From: Thermoanaerobaculia bacterium
GTDB lineage: Bacteria > Acidobacteriota > Thermoanaerobaculia > Gp7-AA8
NCBI GenBank assembly: GCA_035629395.1
Contig: DASPHZ010000056.1
Location: 116,461-148,460, forward strand
Direction: 5' to 3'
DNA length: 32,000 bases
The notes under the pieces are model-generated. The model saw only the letters and a program-made list of their open reading frames with translations. It made no database searches and was not told where the DNA came from. Made by a program: the position numbers and the translations under genes. Below, piece after piece: positions 9,014 to 14,882 of the stretch; position 1 is the first letter of the stretch; every line of letters starts with the position of its first letter.

Positions 9014-9277
9014 ATGCACGTGGCGGTGGCGGCACACGTTCGGACGACGGCGGACGGCGACGGAGCGGTGCTGCTCGATCTCGAGCGCGGCGTGTATCTG
9101 TCGCTGAATCGCTCCGGTGCCGCCATCTGGAGCGAGCTGACGGCCGGCGCTGCGCCGGCGGACGTTGCCGCTCGGATCGCGGCGCGCTGCTCGAAACCGG
9201 TGGCCGAGGTCGAGCGCGACGTGCGCTCCTTCGTGGACGAGCTCGCGCGCCGCGGCCTCGTCCGCGTCAGCGGGTGA
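9014..9277 (+). CDS. PqqD-like RiPP recognition element (lasso peptide B1 protein)
   Basis: An 87-aa protein with the PqqD-family pattern (GAVLLDLERGVYLSLNRSGAAIWSEL ... VERDVRSFVDELARRGLV). It sits immediately upstream of the B2 and cyclase genes. Confidence 0.85.
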   Translation: MHVAVAAHVRTTADGDGAVLLDLERGVYLSLNRSGAAIWSELTAGAAPADVAARIAARCSKPVAEVERDVRSFVDELARRGLVRVSG

Positions 9278-9281
9278 TCGC

Positions 9282-9656
9282 ATGCGCACACTCCTGCTCC
9301 TCCTGGCGTGGCTCGCGTTTCTCGTGACCTCGCTCGCGGTGCGATTCGCCGGATTCACGCGTGTGCATCGGCGCGTGCGCCAATGGCGTGTTTCGCGATC
9401 GCGTCGACGGCCGTCGATCGAGATGCTGCGCGATGCGATCGAAGCGGCCGCACGATGGACGCTGCTTCCCGTGCAATGTCTGGAGCGCGCGGCCGTGACG
9501 ACGTGCCTCTTCCGCACGTTCGGCTACGACGCGGCTTTCGTCATCGGCGTGCGGCGTACGCCTTTCTATGCACACGCGTGGACGGAGCTCGACGGTGCGG
9601 TACTGACCGACCCCGCCGAGCGCGTGCGCGAGCTCGCCGTCGTGGAGCGTTGCTGA
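9282..9656 (+). CDS. lasso peptide B2 leader peptidase (transglutaminase-like Cys protease)
   Basis: The N-terminus has a TM-like segment. Cys/His/Asp triad context typical of lasso B2 proteins is present: QCLERAAVTTCLFRTFGYDAAFVIGV ... FYAHAWTELDGAVLTD. The ATG at 9282 lies 5 nt after the B1 stop. Confidence 0.85.
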   Translation: MRTLLLLLAWLAFLVTSLAVRFAGFTRVHRRVRQWRVSRSRRRPSIEMLRDAIEAAARWTLLPVQCLERAAVTTCLFRTFGYDAAFVIGVRRTPFYAHAWTELDGAVLTDPAERVRELAVVERC

Positions 9657-9657
9657 C

Positions 9658-11484
9658 GTGAGCGTCGTCGCGGGCGTGCTTGCGTTCGACGGCGCTCCCG
9701 TGGCCGAGGAACAGCACGCGCTGCAGGCGTATGCGCGGCGCTACGGCGCGGTGTCGATCGTGAGCGGCAGCGGCGTCACGCTGTTTGCGAACGACACGTT
9801 CGTCACGCGTGACGACGCGGGGCGCGTGCGTACCGCTGTCGCGATCGACGGCCGCGTCGACGTTCTCCAGGCTTACGAACGCAATCCGCACGACTTTGCG
9901 GGCCGGCTCATCGGCGACTTTGCCTTCGCGTTATGGGATGAACCGCAGCGCACGCTCTTCCTCGCGCGCGACGCCTTCGGCTCGCGTCCGCTGTACTGGC
10001 ACGGCGATGCGAAGCGCCTCGTGTGGGCGTCGCACCTCGCTCCCCTCCTCGGACTCGCGCGCGAGCCGCTGTCGATCGACCGCGATTCCCTCGCGGCCTT
10101 CGTCATCCGCGGCGCGATGCGCGACCGCACGCCCGTCGCCGAGATCCGCTCCGTCCGCGCGGCAGAACTGTGCGTCGTACGCGACGGCGTGATGCAGCGC
10201 TCGCGGCACTGGTCGCTCGATCCACACGCCACCGTCGACGTCCGCTCGGATGCAGAGGCGGAGGAGAAGCTGCGTGCGCTATTGAGCGAGGCGGTTCGCT
10301 CGATGACGGGCGACGGACCGGCGAGTGTGCTGCTCAGCGGAGGCGTCGACTCCTCCTCGATCGTTGCGGTCGCCGACGCGGTGCGGCCGGAACCGCCGGT
10401 GCAGACGATCTCCTGGGTTTTCGAAGCGTCGCCCACGTCGGACGAGCGGGAGTTCGTCCGCGCGGTCGAGACACATCGTGGCCGCAGGGGCGTGCACATC
10501 GGCGAGCGCGAACAGGCGCTGCTCGAATTCGATCCCGAAGATCCCGGCACCGAGATCCCGACGTCGTACGTCTGCTTCGCGCGACGCTGCGAGGCCACGC
10601 GTGCCGCCATGCGCGCGGCGGGGTCGCGCGTGCTGCTGACCGGCATCGGCGGCGATGACGTGCTGTACGGCGACTTTGGGTTCATCGGCTCGATTGCGGA
10701 TGCGCTCGCGCGCGGGCGCGTGCTGCGCGCGCTGTCGGAAGTGCGCAAGTGGGCGCCGCATGTCGGCGTGTCGCATCTGCAGTTGCTGTGGCGCTCGGGC
10801 ATCCGGCCGCTGAGCGGTGCGGCGCCGGTGTCGCTGGTCGCGCCGTGGTGGTCGCGGGAGTTTGTCGAACGGATGCACGACGGCCGAGGATGGCCGTCTC
10901 GACCGCTGCCGAGCCGCCGGTTCGACCTGCAATGCTTCGAGGGACTCGTCGGCTCGATGGCGCGGCGCTGGTATTTCGAGCACGACGAGATCGTGACGCG
11001 CGAGCCGTTTCTCTACCGGCCGCTCGTCGAGTACTGCTTCGCGTTGCCGTTCGAGCAGAAGCTGCGTCCCGGCGCGACGCGCTCGATCCTCCGCCGCGCA
11101 TTACGCGATCTCCTGCCGCCGGCCATCCTGACACGCCTCTCCAAGTGCGGGCCGGACGAAGCGCTGTTGCGTGCCGCGCAAAGACGCGCGGGTGCGCTGC
11201 GCGCGCTGTTCGCCGAGGCGCGAGTGGTGCGTCACGGCTTCGCCGACGGCACGGCCATCGACGCCGCGCTGACGAAGATCGCGCACGGCTTCGACGCCGG
11301 TGTCGCCTTTCTCCTCCGCCTCATCGCCCTCGAGCTCTGGTTGCGCTGGTTCGAGCGCCGCCCTCTCTCATCCACCGCCGCAGTCACTGAAGTCAACGGA
11401 GGAATTGCATGCACGAGCACGAAATCCAGAATGACGAGTACGAAGTCCCGACCATCCTCGAGCTCGGCGACGCCGCCGACCTGA
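9658..11484 (+). CDS. asparagine-synthetase-like lasso peptide cyclase (C protein)
   Basis: The PP-loop motif LLSGGVDSSSIV is present, the overall layout is AsnB-like, and the N-terminal Cys nucleophile is absent (starts MSVVAG). The GTG start is 2 nt after the B2 stop. The last ~40 codons are S/T/P-rich and overlap the precursor gene out of frame. Confidence 0.9.
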   Translation: MSVVAGVLAFDGAPVAEEQHALQAYARRYGAVSIVSGSGVTLFANDTFVTRDDAGRVRTAVAIDGRVDVLQAYERNPHDFAGRLIGDFAFALWDEPQRTLFLARDAFGSRPLYWHGDAKRLVWASHLAPLLGLAREPLSIDRDSLAAFVIRGAMRDRTPVAEIRSVRAAELCVVRDGVMQRSRHWSLDPHATVDVRSDAEAEEKLRALLSEAVRSMTGDGPASVLLSGGVDSSSIVAVADAVRPEPPVQTISWVFEASPTSDEREFVRAVETHRGRRGVHIGEREQALLEFDPEDPGTEIPTSYVCFARRCEATRAAMRAAGSRVLLTGIGGDDVLYGDFGFIGSIADALARGRVLRALSEVRKWAPHVGVSHLQLLWRSGIRPLSGAAPVSLVAPWWSREFVERMHDGRGWPSRPLPSRRFDLQCFEGLVGSMARRWYFEHDEIVTREPFLYRPLVEYCFALPFEQKLRPGATRSILRRALRDLLPPAILTRLSKCGPDEALLRAAQRRAGALRALFAEARVVRHGFADGTAIDAALTKIAHGFDAGVAFLLRLIALELWLRWFERRPLSSTAAVTEVNGGIACTSTKSRMTSTKSRPSSSSATPPT

Positions 11485-11543
11485 CCCTCGGACGTCCGAT
11501 GGGCGGCCAGGCCGACGCGGCCGACGAGTTCCGCATCCTGTAG
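11409..11543 (+). CDS. lasso peptide precursor (44 aa), not in the supplied ORF track
   Basis: Hand translation: MHEHEIQNDEYEVPTILELGDAADLTL|GRPMGGQADAADEFRIL*. GGAGG at 11398-11402 lies 6 nt before the ATG. The leader matches the lasso motif Y-x2-P-x-(L/I)-x3-G-x5-T-x. The core starts with Gly and has Asp at position 9. Confidence 0.8.
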   Translation: MHEHEIQNDEYEVPTILELGDAADLTLGRPMGGQADAADEFRIL

Positions 11544-11566
11544 CACGCACGCGCGGGCGGCGCGGC

Positions 11567-11604
11567 GAGGCCGCCGGACGGCGAGTCCGGCGGCCTCGTT
11601 TTTT
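11567..11604 (+). terminator. rho-independent terminator after the lasso precursor
   Basis: A perfect 13-bp stem, GAGGCCGCCGGAC / GTCCGGCGGCCTC, has a 5-nt loop and is followed by GTTTTTT. Confidence 0.8.
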
Positions 11605-11620
11605 GCAGGGAGCGTCGGGC

Positions 11621-12298
11621 ATGGAACAAGCCGCACGCTGTCCGCTTCGCGTTCTCGTCTTCGCCGCCTCCCTGCGCCACGATTCGCTGAACGCGAAGCT
11701 CGCGGCGCTCGTCGAAGGGATCGTGACGCGGCACGGGGCGGAGGTCGTGCACGGGTCGATGCGCGACTTCGACTGCCCGTCGTACGACGGCGACGTCGAG
11801 ACAGGCGCCGGCATCCCCGCGGGCGCGCAGAAATTGCGCGACGCGCTCCATGGCTGCGACGCGTTCGTCATCGCCTCGCCGGAGTACAACGCGTCGATGC
11901 CGGGCATCCTCAAGAACGTCGTCGACTGGACGTCGCGCTTCCGTCCGCAGCCGTTCAACGGCAAGCAGGGGTTCCTCCTGTCCGCCTCTCCGTCGATGGC
12001 TGGCGGCAACCGCGGCCTCTGGTCGCTGCGCATCCCCCTCGAGCACCTCGGCGCCCGCGTCTATCCCGACATGTTCTCCCTCCCGCAGGCGCACGAGGCC
12101 TTCCGCGAAGATGGCCACCTCACCCGCGAATCGACGGAGAAGCGCCTCGAAACGATCGTCTCCTGCTTCCTCGACATCACCGAGGCGAGCAAACACTACG
12201 GCCGGATGAAGAAACAGTGGTTCGAGTTCCTCGGCGAGCACCCGAACGAGGCCACGGACCGCGTCGAGGCGACGGAGGTCACGGCTTCGCCGGCTTGA
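11621..12298 (+). CDS. NAD(P)H-dependent FMN reductase family protein
   Basis: Flavodoxin-like FMN_red pattern: RVLVFAASLRHDSLNAKLA ... DAFVIASPEYNASMPGILKNVVDWTS ... GKQGFLLSASPSMAGG. I prefer the ATG at 11621; the TTG at 11603 lies inside the terminator. Confidence 0.85.
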   Translation: MEQAARCPLRVLVFAASLRHDSLNAKLAALVEGIVTRHGAEVVHGSMRDFDCPSYDGDVETGAGIPAGAQKLRDALHGCDAFVIASPEYNASMPGILKNVVDWTSRFRPQPFNGKQGFLLSASPSMAGGNRGLWSLRIPLEHLGARVYPDMFSLPQAHEAFREDGHLTRESTEKRLETIVSCFLDITEASKHYGRMKKQWFEFLGEHPNEATDRVEATEVTASPA

Positions 12299-14837
12299 AC
12301 TCCGGTCGAATGTCGGCCGCTTCCACGAGGATGTAGCCGGCCAGCGCGAGGATTTGCGGGATGGCACGGACCATTGCGCGATCGACGTCTTTCCACTGCG
12401 TCGGGAGCTTCGACCACGGCACCAGATACGGACTGTGTTTGGGACTGTCCGTCGCCTCATCTCCTTTGACGTACCCAGCGGCCTTCTTGCGATTCATCCA
12501 GATGTCGTGCTCCATCTTCGCGAGCTGCTCGTACTCCGCGTCGGTCAGTTTCCGCTCTTCCGCACTTCCAGCGGGAGCGATCGTGTACCCGGCATTTTCG
12601 AGCTTCCGCGGAATCCAGCGGACGGTTCCGCGATTCGCTTCTTTCGCGTGCTCGGGGAGCTTCTCGTACTCGACGAGGAGGTTGTGACGCCTCTTCCCGT
12701 CGTTGCGAACTTCCGCGTAATGCCAACCCTGTTTCGTCTTCGTCTCGCAAAACACGTCATGAGCGTATTTCGCCTGTTTTTCGAGCACCTCGATGTCGTC
12801 TGTGAACCGCGGCACGTGCGTCTCGCTGACAAAAGGCAGTTCGACGTGCAGAGCCATTTGCGGCTCCGGCGGCAGACTGGAGCTCTCGAAACGTTTCCGT
12901 CCAGCCAGCATGCTCATGGCGATGACGGACTCGAGGGATCGTGCCCCGTGCAGATACGTTTTGGTGGTCAGGAATGCCCGCAGGACGCCGGGTGCAATCC
13001 GCAGAGTTTCGTCTTTTCGGAAAAGATCTTTGCAATGCCGCAGGAGCATCGAGCGCAGCAGAATGGCGCGGCGAATGAGGTAATGCGGATCGCCGTTCGG
13101 ATTGCGCCTGTTCGGCCCGATGACGTTCAGGAATCCTTTGAGCCGGCTGACGAAGTCCGGGACCTTCAGCGCTTTCCGCTCCTCGGTGGAACCGGGCTGC
13201 ATGAAATCTTCGATGGAAGCCGCGGTTCCTCCTGCAAAGACGAAGATGCTCGTGCCGATCGGATGGGTGACCTGGTCTTCCTGAAACTCACCGTCCTGCA
13301 TGGGACCGATGAAGTAGCGAAGCCACCCAAGCGGTTTCCCTTCGTGCGTCGTATCGAACTCGTCCCAGAACACGAGTGGGATTTCTCCCTTCAGTGACAC
13401 GTCACGCACCTGATGAAACGCACCGTGCAGATCTTCATAGCGGGCGAATTGCGTGAGGTTGAACGTCAACCGCTTGATTTTTTTCTGTCCGCCGATCGAC
13501 TTTGCGATCTCTACGACCCCAAACGACTTGCCTGATCCGGGCGAGCCGAACACCGCAATCGACAGCGGCTTGCTCGGGGTGCGATCGACGTACTCCGACA
13601 ACAGTGCTTTGACACTGCGGTACGCCTCGATCTCCTCTCGGTCGACCGTAAACAGGTCGCCGATGCGCAACTGCGGAACCTCGGCCAGAGTCTGGTCGGG
13701 ACCGTAAATCGCGACTCGCGCCGCGAGCTCGTAGAGCGGATCGTCGGATTTCCCGTCCGGAGCACTCCTCGCCGCCGTGCTGAGACGGTCTTCGAGGATG
13801 CTCCAGCTCTTGCGGCTCGGATCGTGGACGACGGCAGTGGAAACGCTCTCCTTCCTTTTCAACACGGCCTGCGTAATCGCGGGAAGTGGCATCTCCGGAT
13901 TCGCTTTGTCTTTTCCGAAGCCGCTTTCGAACAGCGCACGCATTCCCGCGATCGCGCGCGGCAGAGCGTCCGCCAGTTGCGGCCAGGTGGGATGGAGCAT
14001 CACTTCGTGAGTGACCGCCGCGGCGGCGATGGTCGCGTAGCCGATCATGTGTCCCGACGGCTTCTTCGGCGGCGCCCACTCACGCTCCATCAGTGAGGGA
14101 TCAAACACCAGGCGCGGTGGCTCATCGTCGCGTGGCAGCACCATCGCACCCGCGGGGCCGAACGAAACGATGAGGTACTTACAGCGCCGCAATGCGTGCA
14201 GCGACGTGCTTTTTCTGATCTCCGTGACGACGTCCTGCGCCGTCCGCTCCCACGACACCCGCCGAATCAACTGAATCTCTTTCCGGCGCAGATCGTCAGC
14301 CGTCATCACGACGATCAATCGATCCGCGTGCTTTGCCGCGAGGTGCTGCCACAGTTTTTCGTGAAATGCCGGTACCGACGTCTTGAGGATCACCCACGGC
14401 GTGTGTTTGCCGTTGCGAATCGCGGCAGGCCAGAACTTTTCCTTCATCTCGAAGCCGAGGTCCGAGTCGAGCAGCGCCACGACCGCGGCCTCGGGATCGT
14501 CGTGAGAAATGTCGTGCGGAGGCGTGCCCTTGCTGCGTTCGACGCCGAGAAACTCGTGGACTCGCAGGACGTCATCCGTCGCGGACGTGACGACGGTATA
14601 CGTCTGATGAACAGAGGCATCACTGGCAGGACGAACGATCCCGCGAACGATTGCGTCAGGAGCGAGCTGTCGGATCAGATCTTCGAGCAGCCATGCGCCG
14701 CCGTACTGCCGAACGCGATGCACGTCTCCTGCGTCCGCCCATGACCGCGTCGCCACGATCTTGTCGCGATCGACCGAGAGGTTCCAGTCGATCATCACGT
14801 CCCCGGCCACGACCACGGTGTTTGCTGAGCTCATCAC
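12279..14837 (-). CDS. three-part protein: ribokinase/pfkB-like N-terminal domain, AAA+ ATPase, two C-terminal RyR domains
   Basis: - N-terminus: VVVAGDVMIDW, YGGAWLL, LIVSFGPAGAMV resemble pfkB-fold strands (weak, by eye).
- AAA+: Walker A FGSPGSGKS (13524-13547), Walker B LVFWDEFD, sensor-1-like FVFAGGT.
- C-terminus: two RyR-like repeats (AKYAHDVFCETKTKQGWHY...LVEYEKLPEHAKEANR and AKMEHDIWMNRKKAAGYV...PYLVPWSKLPTQWKDVDR), about 12324-12791.
- Start is either GTG 14837 or ATG 14834. Confidence 0.85.
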   Translation of the reverse strand: MMSSANTVVVAGDVMIDWNLSVDRDKIVATRSWADAGDVHRVRQYGGAWLLEDLIRQLAPDAIVRGIVRPASDASVHQTYTVVTSATDDVLRVHEFLGVERSKGTPPHDISHDDPEAAVVALLDSDLGFEMKEKFWPAAIRNGKHTPWVILKTSVPAFHEKLWQHLAAKHADRLIVVMTADDLRRKEIQLIRRVSWERTAQDVVTEIRKSTSLHALRRCKYLIVSFGPAGAMVLPRDDEPPRLVFDPSLMEREWAPPKKPSGHMIGYATIAAAAVTHEVMLHPTWPQLADALPRAIAGMRALFESGFGKDKANPEMPLPAITQAVLKRKESVSTAVVHDPSRKSWSILEDRLSTAARSAPDGKSDDPLYELAARVAIYGPDQTLAEVPQLRIGDLFTVDREEIEAYRSVKALLSEYVDRTPSKPLSIAVFGSPGSGKSFGVVEIAKSIGGQKKIKRLTFNLTQFARYEDLHGAFHQVRDVSLKGEIPLVFWDEFDTTHEGKPLGWLRYFIGPMQDGEFQEDQVTHPIGTSIFVFAGGTAASIEDFMQPGSTEERKALKVPDFVSRLKGFLNVIGPNRRNPNGDPHYLIRRAILLRSMLLRHCKDLFRKDETLRIAPGVLRAFLTTKTYLHGARSLESVIAMSMLAGRKRFESSSLPPEPQMALHVELPFVSETHVPRFTDDIEVLEKQAKYAHDVFCETKTKQGWHYAEVRNDGKRRHNLLVEYEKLPEHAKEANRGTVRWIPRKLENAGYTIAPAGSAEERKLTDAEYEQLAKMEHDIWMNRKKAAGYVKGDEATDSPKHSPYLVPWSKLPTQWKDVDRAMVRAIPQILALAGYILVEAADIRPEFKPAKP

Positions 14838-14882
14838 AAGTGGAGTGACGGGGACGTTCTTTTTCCTACCCGCGCCGCCGCG

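Noticed and set aside
11603-11620. TTG start at 11603 for the FMN reductase (as in the ORF track)
   Set aside because: The TTG lies inside the U-tract of the lasso-cluster terminator. The ATG at 11621 gives a normal N-terminus.
11621-12298. FMN reductase as a lasso-peptide tailoring enzyme
   Set aside because: It is separated from the precursor by a strong terminator. This family is a common housekeeping-type oxidoreductase. I know of no precedent that requires it.
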